Below, one piece after another: positions 23,041 through 37,129 of a stretch of 64,000 nt of DNA; position 1 is the first letter of the stretch, and every line of letters starts with the position of its first letter. The notes under the pieces are model-generated. The model saw nothing but the letters and a program-made list of their open reading frames with translations. It was not told the origin of the DNA and searched no databases. A program made the position numbers and the translations under genes. This DNA comes from Raja brachyura (lineage: Eukaryota): contig OY740802.1 of the NCBI GenBank assembly GCA_963514005.1, positions 37,882,001-37,946,000 of the forward strand. The letters are read 5' to 3'.

Positions 23041-23425
23041 CACATGCCCTCAGTGGTGGGGAAAAAAATCCCCTCAAGTCGTTTTGAAATCTTTCCCCTC
23101 TCACTTCAGACCTATGTCTTCTAGTATTAGATACCTCTACCCTGGAGAAAAGACTATGGCTATCATCTTATCCATGCCCCTCATGATTGTAGAACGCTCC
23201 AAGGTCATTCCTCAGCTTCCTATGCTCAAGGGGGGAAAAAGATAGTCTCTCCTTTAACTCAAACTCTTCATTCCCGGTAACATTCCCAGAAATGAGTTGC
23301 GCGCACCCCAGTTTAAAGAGAAATTTCTTTAAACTGGAAAGCAGGGTAACCAAAACTACATGTAGTACTGCAAACATTGCCTTGCAACATCTTGTACAGC
23401 CATACATGACGTCCCAACTCGATCA

Positions 23426-23512
23426 TTGAATGCCTGTTGGGAAACTGTATCAATTTAGTGTTTGTCCTGTGCGTGTGTGTTGGAGATATTAACATTATCC
23501 TTTGAACCTATC
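23426..23512 (+). repeat. 87-bp exact direct repeat, copy 1
   Basis: Identical to 24539-24625. Confidence 0.92.
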
Positions 23513-24538
23513 GACCAATTAAGTCAAATCACTTGAGCAAAAATGTGACCATTGAAGTCAATTGTGCCATGTTCACTACCTTGTCTACCTGCGTTGCTAC
23601 TTTCGGGGAACTAAGTGCTCACTCCTAGGTCTTTCTGTTCTACAATGGTTCCCAATTCAATTACAATACAACCAGGGAAGGACTTGCATGATATTTCACT
23701 AAATTAAACATAGTCTACTATTCATTGGCCTAGTTAGAAAATAGACAATAGAACAAAACTGCACAGGAACTTGTCCTTCAGTCCACAATGTCTGTGCTGA
23801 AAATGCTGCCACGACAAACTCTTGTCTGCCTCCACATAATCCATATACAAGGGTCTAGACCCAAAATGCCACCCATTCCTTCTCTCCAGATCTACTGCCT
23901 GTCTGCTGAGTTACTCCAGTATTTTATGTCCATCTTCAATTTAAACCAGCATCTGTAGTTCTTTCCTACACATTTTGTCTGTTTGTCTGTTCCCTCCCTT
24001 CCCTGTATATCCTTGTGCCTATCCAAAAGTCTTCTAAACTTTATTATGGAATATGCCTCCATCACCACTCCTGGCACTTTGTTCCAGGCACCCACCACCC
24101 TTTGTGGAGGGGGGGGGGAGAATAACCACGGTTACACTGTGGCCTAACCAAGGTCCTGTGAAGCTGCATAAGGACCTCCTGACTTTTACACTCAGTACTT
24201 CAACCAATGAATACCATGTGCTGCTATTACCACTTTAACTAGTGTGTTGCCACTTTTGGGTCATTATTGTTGGATATTGTGAACATCTCCCTTGCAGTTT
24301 GACTTAGATTAGATAATTGACCTAGATTAGATAATTACTGCAAATCGGAGTAAATAACAAATGGTCTAAGCGGTTGTGCATCTGTGCACTTGGTGTTAGG
24401 TTGCCAATTGGCCTCCTGCTAGTTTTGCTAGGCTGTGCAGTTGGATTAACATGAATTTTTAACTTGAAGATCTTGAGCATTCCGTGCTTAAGGGAAAGTA
24501 CACCAATTAACCAATACCTCATTTTGGTCTTGTAAGTC

Positions 24539-24625
24539 TTGAATGCCTGTTGGGAAACTGTATCAATTTAGTGTTTGTCCTGTGCGTGTGTGTTGGAGAT
24601 ATTAACATTATCCTTTGAACCTATC
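24539..24625 (+). repeat. 87-bp exact direct repeat, copy 2
   Basis: Identical to 23426-23512. Confidence 0.92.
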
Positions 24626-24925
24626 TCCAGCTTGGAGCTGTATACAGCATTGATTGTGATCATTAATGCTTTAATTCGTACATTTGCCGATTTTCTCCAT
24701 TGTAGGACTGTGGCAATATGCAAATTGGTGAATGAATTCGATTAGGCATTTGTAATATGAAACGTTTACTGTTCAATGCCCAGAAAAGGTAAAATGGAAG
24801 TGATCCTGGCTGATTTGAAAAATCCACGCTTTAAACATTGTGCTGGATGTTCTCCAAAAGTTAGCAATGCTTCTGCAGAAAAAAATCTGCTGATTTAAGG
24901 AGCAAGAAGCAACATGCTAGAGGAA

Positions 24926-25573
24926 TGTGAGATATGGTTTGTGCTCACAATCACTGCTCAGAGACTAAAGCGTGGAAACAAGAAATGCTTTTTATTTGCG
25001 AATCTGCAGAATTGGGTGCCTCTCCAAATTGAGACACCCCGAAGTCAGAAAAGTAAAGCCCCTTTATACACACAATTCTGCTAGCATAACCTCCCCTTCT
25101 GGCTCTCCCCAATCAGAGCACTGAGGTGCACAGTCTATAGGTACGTCCCCCAGTACCACCCACATCATACATAGCATGTTCATACATGTGCATGGTAATG
25201 AGCAATTTCTCGACTAGGGGCGTATAAGTAATATTCATTCATTTCATTAAGCATGCCCAGTTGCAATTGACCTGGCCTAGTTTTCTCACCTCCAACTGAC
25301 CTATCTCAGTTTTTTTTATATCTAAACTAAAGCTAGTCTCTACTGACGAGGGTCCCTTTCATCCCTAGTCCCTACTGACAAGGGTCCCATCTATCGCCCT
25401 CCTTCTACGCTATACTATGCCATCCATCCTCACTCAAGGACAGTTGTGATAAACCCACTCCCAGCTATGTCAACGTCCTCTCCCTGGCCTCTATCGGCTA
25501 GAATCCTGTTTACAAGTTAGAATCCTCTCCTGAATCCTTACAATAGTAGGGTTTAATCACTTTATCCCTCACA
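24926..25573 (-). mobile_element. Solo LTR
   Basis: Inverted termini TGTGAG...CTCACA and a perfect 4-bp TSD GGAA (24922-24925 / 25574-25577). TATA-like (~25065) and AATAAA (~24993) on the - strand. It splits a Penelope repeat (GCTAGAGGAA|CTCAGCAGGTCAGG). Confidence 0.85.
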
Positions 25574-28500
25574 GGAACTCAGCAGGTCAGGCAGAATCTG
25601 TAGGGAGGATTGGATGTTTTGGATTGGGGCCTTTCATCTGGACTCGAGCCTCTCAGCATCTGCAGTTTGTCTCCATTTTAATGCCTCATTGCTGATCGAT
25701 GGAAGTTTGGTCAGGGCTGCCTGCAAGTGTTAATTAAAGTATGAAAAAACTGGAGTGAATGCCATGCAAGAAATCTTCCCTAGACGTGGGACTGATTACA
25801 AATCCTGGAAATAGTGGGCAAAGATTGCTTTGTGGAAGATTGTGTGACTTCTTGTCCGTTTTGGTGATTAGCCCACGTCTTTGCTACATTTGTAAGCACT
25901 TTAAATGTGATGGGCTTTCCTAGATGCTGTTAGCTGCTAAATTCAGCCTTTCTCTTACAGAATGGTGGTGTCATATTTTGTAATATTTTGTTGCATTTGT
26001 TTTAAGTTGGAAACCCAAGGTGCAGAGTCAAGAGCCGGCACGTTTGATTGAACACTGTTGAGCTGGATGTGAGAAATGAAGTAAGTGAAACCCATGTTCA
26101 TTTCAACCCAAAAGAAAGAAAAATGCGATGTGAATGATTGTGATGTGTGAGTGAACTGGGTGATTACCTTGCTCTGGGTCCATACTTAGAACTTGTTGGA
26201 TAAGGTGGAAACGGTGATGAATAGTGATTGCCAACATTAATTGCCCCACAGGTACTGGATGCCAGCCATTTGAAGCATTTGTACATCAATTAAGAGGTTC
26301 TTTATGGAACTTTAATAATCCATTGTTGCATTTTTCCAAATTGCAATTGATGTTGGAACCATGGATCTTTCTCAACTAATGAAGATGGAGTAAGATGATG
26401 ATGAGACGTTTATCTTGGAATCCGCACTTCAACTTTCTATGTCTGGCAATGATATCTGCAAAACTAAAGGGAATAGAAAATGGCTGCCTCGTCGCTGTGT
26501 AGAATTAAAGCTATAATTACGACTACAGCTGTAGAAAAGTACTTTCAAACAAAAAGGGTTGCAATTTTATTGATATTTAATGCCTGAACCCTTAAACTCC
26601 ACTATAGGAATACTTTGGACTTGTGAGACTATTGATCCATTTCAGTACCTCCGACATGACTAAAATCTTCAATGAATTATAAATCTCAATCTGGATTAGG
26701 AAGTGGTTTGCAGTTCTATTTTTGCATTGCAAGAATGTTTCCACTGAGGAGCTGCTACGACCCCCGTCTCACAAAGCACCACATCTCCAAGGGTTCACCA
26801 CTCTTGTCTCTTTCTTGGATTGACACGGATGATTAACCATCTCCCCTCCAACTCCGGTTTGAACGGGCACCATTTGCTCTCCAATCACCCCCCGCCCCCC
26901 CACAGTAATGTAACTCGGCTCCACTGAAAACGCAGGATGCCCAATGTGGTTTTCATTTATTCATATTTTGTATAATTGATGTCTTCATCTGAATTGTGCT
27001 TTCTTCAGGTTGGGAGTTGGGAATGGGTGCTGATGAGCATCAGAGGTGAAGGGTTTAGGGTGCGATCCTTCTCAATTCTAGGATCTGTCGTTTCCTAATC
27101 TAGATGGTGAACATTATTCATTTTATGAGGCGTGTGAAAGGGGTATCTCGCTGCCACAAATCTGACTGTATTCTGATATAGAATTATTTTGTAACCCAGC
27201 TGTATATTTTATGGATTTAGCCTTTGTGTATGCTGATTTATTTAGGCATGAATTGACGTAAATGGAGAGAGCTCTTTTGAAATAATTTTACTACTATTTT
27301 AATAGGGTGAATTGGTTGTGATCTTGGATCCCTTTATCAATCTTAGCACGTAGATTTTATTGTATAATTGTTGAACACTTATTTATTGGACACATTTTTA
27401 TGTTTGATGTGCACTTTGAGCAAGATCCTGTTATTAGAATTGTAATCACTTGTGCTCAATATCACTGCACTGTTCCCCTTGCGGTACACTACCTGTAGTA
27501 GCATGATCCGCTGCCCAGGGCTCGCAGGGAGCCCAGCGTCATTTCACAACTGGAAAGGATGTAATATTCTATTTATTGATCTGCCTATATTAGATGTACT
27601 CCTGACTCTTTAATGTGGAACTAAAACAAATGTGCAGAATAAAATATTTGGTTATTTTTGTATAATGGCTGCAAGTGAATGGCGCATGTTCTGTGGTGGG
27701 TTCTCCCGAGGAAGTAATATGGCTCTTTGAAACACTCGCTCACGCCTTTCCTTTAGTCTGATTGTTTCTCAAAGGACGGGCATAATTACATGGTGAAAGT
27801 TCTTTATTAGAAACTGATTCCGTCACTCGAGTTGAGAATTTCTGAACTTAATCTTGAGAAATCTTTCTTCTATTTCCCCCCCCTTTACTTAAGTTGGTTA
27901 TTTTATCTGACCTTTGGTTATTAACTCCAATTGCCAGAGGGAAATGTCTCTCCTTTTTGCTTCATCAATGCTTTAAGTGTCAATTGCCAGATGTCTCATT
28001 GATATTCCTTTTATTCTTGAGAAAACTGGCTTCTAATCGGCGACTGATCGCTGAAGTCCCTGGAGATTTGGTAAAACTCCTCTCCATTCTTTCCCAGACT
28101 CTTGATGTCCTGAAATGTAGGCCCCAGATCTCTAGATGCTCTTACAGGTGATGGCTAATTAGATATTAGCACAAAATTCCTGATTGTGTTGTCTTACTCC
28201 ACAAAACTGGGAATTGTACACATCTTCTCATTGTTATTCGCCACCTTCAAAGGTTAGAAATATTGGTTCGAGGTCTCTGAGATTGTGTTGCCTTGGATTA
28301 ATAGCATATCGGTTTATACATCAATTTGCTGTGAAACTTAACCGGATGAATAGCAACTATTCCATGATATCTGTGGGAGTTGGGAAGCAAACAGTGTCAT
28401 AATCCAGTGGAGTTTCTGGGTGATAGTTGTAATATTGTTGAAACTTTCAATGTTAAGAATCTATTAAACTCTTGTTGGAGTTCATTGCCCAAGACTTGAA

Positions 28501-28679
28501 TGTCAATTGTTTATCAACCCTCGCCTCCCTGCCTTGTGTGGACTTGGATAGATACATTGTATTGTTACAATGAATTGAATGCGACAATGATTGGAGTAAC
28601 TCCACTTTGTGACTCTTCACAAAGTACCCAACGGAAGGTTTGAATTCTTTTCCACAAGATGTTATTGCAAATTTGTCCT

Positions 28680-29200
28680 TTATAGGCTGGAGTGTAGCAT
28701 TTAAGAGTTGGCACATTATGTTGCAACTTTAAGTGCTAGTCAGGCTGCACTTGAGTATTTTGTGTAGTTCTGGTGGTCATACTATAGCAAGGATGTGATT
28801 GTGCTGGAGTGAATACAGAGGAGATTCACCAGGATGCTGCCTGGTTTGGCGAATGTTAGTTTGGGGAGAGATTGGATAGGTTTGGCTTGATTTCCCTGGA
28901 ATGAAAGGGGTTGAGGAGCGACCTGATAGAAGTATATGAGATTGAGCGGCAAGGATAGGATAGATGGTGAATTATTTTGGCATGGTCGGAATTTCAAAGA
29001 AAGTTGTCCAAGACTTGCGTTGAGAGAATGGCGTTTAAGGTGATCTGAAAGTTTTTTAGAGGGGTAATATCTGTCGAAGAAGGTGATGGGAGTGGATACA
29101 ACTGCTGCTTTTAAGAGGTATTTAAAGAAACATTAGAGGAGGCAAGGCATAAAAGTAGTCCTAATGTGGGGAAGTGGAATTTGTAGATGGACTCACCCGG
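28680..29200 (+). mobile_element. Old CR1 LINE 3' fragment
   Basis: Degenerate LVRLHLEY.../QRRFTRMLPG (CAGAGGAGATTCACCAGGATGCTGCCTGG) with stops. Confidence 0.75.
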
Positions 29201-30140
29201 CAGCATGTGGGGTTATTGGTGTTGCCCTGGCTTTGTCAACCAGCCCCCTGCCCCTTCCACTGTAAGGACTGATGTTGTGGGCATCATGTGTGAGACCCAA
29301 CCATCCCTCCACGCAATGCCTCTCGCTCCTGGGGCTCTTCACCTGCACAGGATTGATTTCAGATTCCACACATAACCCAGGTCAGATCTCCTGTCACCCA
29401 TTGAATGTAGCTCTCCAGTTAAGCAATTCCAGGGATGCTGTTCATTTATTCAAATGTCGTGAAGGGGAGCGTTCCCTCTCACCACTGCCATCTGCAACCA
29501 CATCTAGTGACTAATTCTGTAAAGGTCAGGCATTGAGTGCACTTCAATGATTTCCCTGTTTTTTCCTTTTTTTCCCCTTTTGTTCCACTACTATTCCCAT
29601 TTTAAAAAATACATTTGTTGGAGTCTGCCATTGTCCCTACTGTACACGTGTGTTTCTCTGTATTCCCTGCAGACTTGCTGCTGCTCCACATTGGCTACAG
29701 AGTGCCCTCAGTAGAGTGGTACCATCACAAATGTTGTTCATCTCCACCCGGATGGATGTCTCCTTGACTTTCGCATTCTATCCAGCATGATATCTTGCAC
29801 TGTATTTTCAACAACACCCCCTTTTTCCTTTAGAACTTCCTGACTGCCTCGTTTCCAAGAATCTTTAATGCTCAATCCTTCCCTTCGTAGCACATCTCAT
29901 TGGTCAACCATGTCTATTTGTGTTGGCGTCCCCTAACCCCGTCCCCCCTCCCACCCACATCATTGACCACACTGTATTGGGATGTAGATAGCATATTCTT
30001 TACTGTGCCTGCTCTCTACTATCTTTTTTTAAGTAATCCTCATACTTTCTGTTGAATGTATTGTGTATGATCTCTCGTGGGATGAGGGCACAGGTTTGGA
30101 AGTATAATATATCTGGAGATCCAGGTACATAAGTTCTAGG

Positions 30141-30268
30141 CAACGTTTCGGGTCGAAACCCTTCTTCAACCCGAAACATAGCCTATTTCCTTCACTCAAT
30201 AGATGCTGCCTCACCCGCTGAGTTTCTCCAACATTTTCGATTTTCCAGCATCTGCAGTTCCTCCTTAA
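30141..30268. mobile_element. Penelope terminal-repeat remnant with 14-bp TSD, inserted in the tail of a - strand CR1 fragment (to ~30605)
   Basis: Flanks ACATAAGTTCTAGG (30127-30140) and ACATAGGTTCTAGG (30269-30282). Confidence 0.75.
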
Positions 30269-30874
30269 ACATAGGTTCTAGGAGCAGAATAAGGCCATTC
30301 GACGGCCATTCAATCATGGCTCATCTATCTTTCCCTCTCAGCCCCATTCTCCTGCCTTCTCCCCGTAACCCCCGACACCCTCCCTAATCAAGAATCTGTC
30401 AATCTCTGCCTTAAAAATATCAATTGACTTTGCCTCCACAGCCAATGAATTCCACAGATTCACCGCCCTCTGACTAAAAAATTTTTTTTTTAAATCCTCA
30501 TCTCCTTTCTAAAGGTATGTCCCTTTATTGTGAGGCTATGGCCTCGGGTCCTAGACTCGCCTACTTGTGGAAACTTCCTCTCCAAATGTACTCTATCCAG
30601 GCCACATTACTGTTACACCTTGAAGCACATTAACCTGGACTGAGATCTACTTGTACCACTTTGCTGATAGACTTGGATTGTGACTATTGCTAATCTTTGG
30701 CCATGGGGAAATTTTAATGTAGCTGACTCCATACCTATGATCACCAAAAAACTCCTGTTGGTTCCAGATCTGACAACAGGGCCAATTTGGTTAAGGGGAT
30801 GCTTGACCTCCTGTCAAAATGTGTTTTGAGAAAGAGAGAAAGGTTCTGCAGTAAGGAAACAAAAATATGATGTT

Positions 30875-31768
30875 AGAAACATAGAAAAATAGGTGCACGA
30901 GTAAGCCATTCGGCCCTTCGAGCCTGCACCACCATTCAATGCGATCATGGCTGATCATCCAACTCAGTATCCCGTACCTGCCTTCTCTCCATACCCCCTG
31001 ATCCCTTTAGCCACAAGTGCCACATCTAACGCCCTCTTAAATATAGCCAATGAACTGGCCTCAACTACCTTCTGTGGCAGAGAATTCCAGAGACCCACCA
31101 CTCTCTGTGTAAAGAATGTTTTCCTCATCTCGGTCCTATAGGAATTCCCCCTTATCCTTAGACTGTGACCCCTTGTTCTGGACTCCCCCAACATCGGGAA
31201 CAATCTTCCAGCATCTAGCTTGTCCAACCCCTTAAGAATTTTGTAAGTTTCTATAAGATCCCCCCCCCCCCTCAATCTTCTAAATTCCAGCGAGTACAAG
31301 CCGAGTCTATCCAATCTTTCCTCATATGAAAGTCCTGACATCCCAGGAATCAGTCTGGTGAATCTTCTTTGTACCCCCTCTATGGCAAGGATGTCTTTCC
31401 TCAGATTTGGAGACCAAAACTGTACGCAATACTCCAGGTGTGGCCTCACCAAAACCCGGTACAACTGCAGTAGAACCTCCCTGCTCCTATACTCAAATCC
31501 TTTCGCTATGAATGCTAACATACCATTTGCTTTCTTCACTGCCTGCTGCACCTGCATGCCTACTTTCAATGACTGGTGTACCATGACACCCAGGTCTCGT
31601 CGCATCTCCCCTTTTCCTAATCTGCCACCATTCAGATAATAGTCTACCCTCATGTTTTTGCCACCAAAGTGGATAACCTCACATTTATCCACATTATACT
31701 GCATCTGCCATGCATCTGCCCATTCACTCAGCCTATCCAAATCACCCTGCAGCCTCCAAGCATCCTCC
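30875..31768 (-). mobile_element. CR1/HER1 LINE, young, 5'-truncated
   Basis: ORF 30964-31770 (LQGDLDRL...[10 protein letters not shown]...RPHLEYC...WNSLP) and a (TTTCTATG)n tail. Confidence 0.95.
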
Positions 31769-32429
31769 ATGTTCCACTTGGCTCCTTACCTTTACTTAAA
31801 CGTAGTGGAAGACAGTATTGACACTTTCCCAACCAAAAAAATGAAAGCTGATATTTAAGTCTTGTACCTTTGCTTAATTTCAACCTAAAATTGGTCACTT
31901 TGGTTCTAACCAGCTTTAGGGGGTCATTTTCCAGTATTGTAAGTACATTTGACAGACCAAAACTGGGTTGAATCAACATCAGTTATTAACTGATGCAACT
32001 GCAATGATTTTTGTTGCTGTTTCAGGGTCGAGTGTTCCTGGACCATATTGCCACGTAGTCTCATTGTAGGTTTTTCTGGGTTGCCGTTCAAACTATTTAC
32101 GATATGTGTACATTTCTGAAAACCAGCTTGGGAAGGACATTTCTGTTTGAGTGAAAGTAGGAGCAGCAATAATGGGCATCTGGGACTGGATGATAAATGT
32201 TGGCCTTGCCAATTAAGCTGGATTCTTCAAAATCAGTACGTTTTGTTTAAAAAATCAAATGCACAGCAGTTACTTGGCCAGCTTTTTCTGACAGCAGTTT
32301 TCAAACCCAATCTCTGTCAGCAGGAATGATACTCGCCCACCTGCAGATTACTCTTCAAGGTGCACACCAACCTTTGCCTTGAAAGTAGATCACTGGTCTA
32401 ATGGACAGGTTTGGGTTGTTTTCTCTGGG

Positions 32430-32775
32430 GAGACTGGATAGTAGTCTGTAAAGTTACGAGTGGCATAGATAGGGTAGATAGTCAGAACCTTTTCTCAAAG
32501 GATGGAAAAATCAAATAGGAGAGGACATCGCTTTAAGGTGAGAGAAGCAAAGTTTAAAGGAGATGCGCAGGACAAGTTTTTCTACACAGAGGCTGGTGAG
32601 TGCCTGGGATGCACTGCTGGGAACGCTGGTGGAGGTAGATACGACAGTGGCATTTAAGAGACTTTTAGTTGGGCGTGTGGGTATGGAGGGTTATGGATTC
32701 TGCGCAGGAAAGTAAGAGTTGGTCTTGGCATCATATTCTGCACTGACATGGGCTGAAGGGCCTGTTCCTGTGCAC
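32430..32775 (+). mobile_element. Old CR1 3' fragment
   Basis: AGAGGACATCGCTTTAAGGTGAGA...GGGCTGAAGGGCCTGTTCCTGTGC. Confidence 0.7.
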
Positions 32776-34034
32776 AATGTCTTCAGGATTGCAGCAGAGA
32801 ATGGATGGAAAGACCAGTGCTGGTGAGCAGGCTAGGGGCTAACTTCCCATGCCCTCTGGGTCATGGAGGCCAAGTGATTTTGCCGTTGGAGGGATGGCAC
32901 ATTGATAGGCCGATGTCAAGGCTTTGGAGTGGTCGAGTTTGCGGGGGGGGGCTACTAGAGCCTGATCTAATGCAGCCTGGAGCTTCACTGGATCGGGTCC
33001 CATCCCGATTGTCTAAGTGTGTGGAATGGATGCAGCCAGCGGCAGCGGTGGAGGACATTGACACTGCCTAGCCAGGGTGACCCCTGCAAATCTGACCTGG
33101 TGCTGCCACCAGGCAACACTCTAACATTTAAAACAAAAATCAGACTTGAAAGGTGGAAGGTGGTGCCTGAAACATGGCGACGCTCGTGAACAGACTCTGT
33201 GGTCTGCTATCTTCACTCTTGTATTTGGTATAATTGTGCCTAATGTAGCATTGTCACTGAACTGCATGCCTAAAAGAATTTTACTGTACCTGGATACATG
33301 TGACAATATAGTACCATTAAACCATTGAACTGCTGTACGTTCTATGGTCCTTCATTGTTACTTGGCCGAGTCCTGGAACTCTCAACCCGATAGCACTCTG
33401 GAGGTACCTTCTCTAGAGGAACTGCAAAGGTCCAAGAAAGTGGCTCAACATCACCTTCTTGAGGAGCTGGATGTGGCAGTACATTTGGACACATGCAGCC
33501 CCTGACATGAGAAAAGAACGCAGTGATCTTAGCCCCTCGTTGCTGTTCTGCCATTCACTGAGGCACAGGCTCGTCTGCACACAACAATGTTCCCCATCTG
33601 AAAGAGAAGGTGCTGGCTCGAAGGGCCAAATGGCCTACTCCTGCACCTATTGCCTATTTCTCTTAATACCTTGCGTTAGCAATTTATCAATCTCACATTT
33701 TAATTCCAATAATTGCTTAAGCATCAATTGTGGCTTGCGGACATTGGCGTTTTGAAAGGTTACTTTTACTCTTTCTATTTGCTGTGACACTTGCACAAGT
33801 AGCCTTGCAGCAGATGGGGTAATTAGTCATTAGCTGGCCTGATGCAGCTGACCAAGGAATATTCTTTCATTAATGCTATTCTCTGGCTTGGGGAATTTAA
33901 TTAACAGTGCACCGCCAACAAATATTGTTTTATGGATCTTAATTGGGTGGTATGACAGAGTATAAATAAATTACTGTATTGATTGTTTTTCTTTAACGCT
34001 GAGGTGTTTTTTTCCTACTCTGCCTTCAAAACCA

Positions 34035-34380
34035 AATAGACAATAGGTGCAGGAGTAGGCCATTTGGCCCTTCGAGCCAGCACCTCCATTCAATATGATC
34101 ATGGCTGATCATCCCCAATCAGTACCCCGTTCCTGCCTTCTCCCCATATCCACTGACTCCACTATTTTTAAGAGCCCTATCTAGCTCTCTTGAAAGCATC
34201 CAGAGAACCTGTCTCCACCACCCTCTGAGGCAGACACTCGCCACTCTGTGAGAAAGTGTTTCCTTGTCTCCGTTCTAAATGGCTTACTCCTTATTCTTAA
34301 ACTGTGGCCCCTGGTTCTGGACTCCCCCAACATCGGGAACATGTTTCCTCCCTCTAGTGTGTCCAAGCCCTTAACAATCT
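34035..34380 (-). mobile_element. CR1/HER1 3' fragment
   Basis: Near-identical in reverse complement to 21515-21882; AATAGACAATAG tail. Confidence 0.9.
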
Positions 34381-34769
34381 GATGACTGGTTTCAAAAGTA
34401 ATGGATTTGTGAAGCACTTTTCATGCATCAGTGACAATGTTCTTCTACTCTCTCTCCCTTCTTCCCTCCCCTCCCCACTTCCACCCTTCCCTTGTACTCC
34501 CTTTACAGAGGAATGCTCTTTGTCTGTGTAAGTATTAACAGAGTGGACACCATTTTCAATCCCTGAGCACAGATCAGGGTAAAATGCTCAATCTCCTTTT
34601 CAACACATGGTTGTATCTTGAATTGATAACTACTTTCAACAAACAAGCCAGCCTCCCACCCATTGACTAAATCTTCACATCACATTGTCTTGGGAATGGA
34701 GCAGACATAATCCAGCTGCCTGGATTCGTTGGACAAAGATGGATATATAAGGATCTTATATGGTTTATA

Positions 34770-35420
34770 TGGATGCTGGTTTACGAGCTAAGGGCACAAA
34801 GTGCTGGAGTAGCTCAGAGGGTCAGGCAGCATCACTGAAGAACATGGATAGGTGAGGTTTTGGGTCGGACCCCATCTGCAGATGGATTGTGGTGGGGGAG
34901 AAAGGTGGAAGAGGAGCTGGACAGAGCCGACCGATGACCGATGGATTCAAGTGGGGTGCACTGGCAGATAGTTGGACAAAGGTGCAAAACCAAAAAATGT
35001 GAATTAAGGATAGGAGAGACGCCAATTGTGAAGCCAAATGAAGGCATGTGGGTGGAAGGGGATGAATGTGAGTGTCCAGGTGCAGTACAGGGAAGATGGG
35101 GGGGGAAAGCATCTTGTCCGGAAACATCACGATATCTAAATAAAAAAGGGAGGTTGTTAGTTACCTAAAATTCAATTAATTCAATGTTCATACTGTTAGT
35201 TTGTAAGCTACCCAAGTGGAATATCAGATACTGTTCCTCCAGTTTGTGTGTTGCGCCCCTTTGGCAATGGGAGAGGCCCAGGACAAAGGTTAGAATGGGA
35301 ACGGGAGCTGCAATGATCAGCAACCAAGAGGTCCAACAGGCCTTGGCGGACAAGCGCAAGCGTTCAGCAAAATGGTTGCCTGGTCTTCGCTTGGGTTTGC
35401 CGATGTAAAGGAGGCTACGT
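34770..35420 (-). mobile_element. Penelope 3' fragment
   Basis: Minus-strand KLEEQYLIFHLGSLQTNSMNIE (GIY-YIG end) plus terminal repeat. Confidence 0.75.
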
Positions 35421-36129
35421 TGGGAACACTTAAATGCAGTAAATGAGCGGTAGACAATTTGGGTTGGTTTCTCTGGAATGCTGGAGATTGCAGGGAGACC
35501 GGGTACAAGTATGTGAAGTCATGATTGGTTCAGATGGTGTAGACGGAATCTTTTTCCCCAGGCTGGGAACATCAATGGCCCGAGTGCAAAGGGGAGATTT
35601 TTACAAGGTGCTGGGAGCTTGATACAAGCTGCCACATGGTGGTGGAGGCAGATACGATAGAGGGTTTTAGATGGGTACATGGGTATCCAGGGAATGGAGG
35701 GATATGCATCGTGTGCAGACAGCTGAGATTTGATTAACTTGGCACTGTGTTAAGTACAGACTCAGCATCTATGTGTTCCCCTCTGTAATCAGGCTTCTGA
35801 ACAGTCCTTCAATAAGCTTGGGTATGGTCAGATTCTCCAACCTACCTCATTGTGGACATTGGACTTGCTCTCTGGCACTGTAACGCTGCAATGTTGAGAA
35901 TTATATTCTGCACACGCTATCTTTCCCTTTATTCTCCCTATTGTACTTGTGTTTGCTTTTATTGTGGTTATGTATAATAGTATCTGATTGGACAGCATAC
36001 AAAAAGCTTTTTATTGTACCTTAGTCTGTATCAATGTTGCACAATAAACCTAAATCTCAACATTATGGGCCCCAGGACTTGTTCCTGTGCTGTATTGTTC
36101 TATATTTTATAATCGGGCCGACTTGCATC

Positions 36130-36535
36130 CTGTTTAGGAGGGAACTGCAGATGCTGGTTTACACTGAAGAGAGACGCAAAATGCTGGAGTAACTCAATGG
36201 GACAGGCAGCCTCTATGCTGAGAAAGAATGGGTGACATTTTGGATCGAGACCCTTCTTCAGGCTGAGAGTCAGGGGAGAGGGAAATTGGAGGTGCGGATG
36301 GGTACAAAGAGAATGTAAGGTGTGAAAATGACAGACCAAAGCAGACGATGATCAAGGAAATGTAGAATGGTTCATTGTTGGCTGAGGGGAAGGTGACAAC
36401 GAGGCATGCAAACAGTAAAATGAGGAGGACAGTGAAACTAGTCAGAGCTAGGGTGGGGGAGAAACTGGAAGAGGGGGGGGAAAGCAAAGGTTACTTGAAG
36501 TTGGAGAAATCAATATTCTTTCTGTTGGGTTGGGC
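36130..36535 (-). mobile_element. Penelope 3' UTR/terminal repeat fragment
   Basis: AGGGAACTGCAGATGCTGG...GACCCTTCTTCAGGCTGA...GGTTACTTGAAGTTGGAGAAATCAATATTC. Confidence 0.78.
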
Positions 36536-37129
36536 AGCTTGCATCTGGGAGGACATCATGGACATAAACTTTTTTTTTCATCCACTGTAATTGACTCACT
36601 GATTTTCCATCACTCATAAGTGAAGGTGCAAAGTTATGAAATATTCAGATGCATTGTTTCAGCTGACGGTGCCCAAGTCCTCCAATGCCCTCACTAGTCA
36701 CCTCCGAACCCACTACAATGGGGTGAAAGCAAGTCATCCTCAATCCCAAAGGACTGCCTAAGTGTTGAAATTACAATTTGGATGATGTGCCTCTCAGTAT
36801 CTTTTCATGAGTTTAAAATTGGCTTCCGCTCATGTTAATGACTTTTGCATCAACTTATGAGGTATTGTGATAGTAATGGTAATCACTAATGGGAATGACA
36901 GTAATCGCTGGTGGCAAAACATCAGTGGTGTGTGAGTCGGAGCTTTCTCCATGTAGCCAGTCAGTGAATGTGGACTCCAGTTTCTCTCTATGACAGTTGT
37001 GGTGAATGCCCAGGGTTTATGATAGTTTTCTGCCATAGTTATTGGAGTCAATTAGAAAGACATTGAAAGTGTTCCTGGTCTGGAAAAAAAACACGTGTTT
37101 CCATGTATTGGTCAAATTTAAAGCAAAAC

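Noticed and set aside
26909-27547. Possible third solo LTR (TGTAAC...CACA)
   Set aside because: No matching target duplication or inverted termini found.
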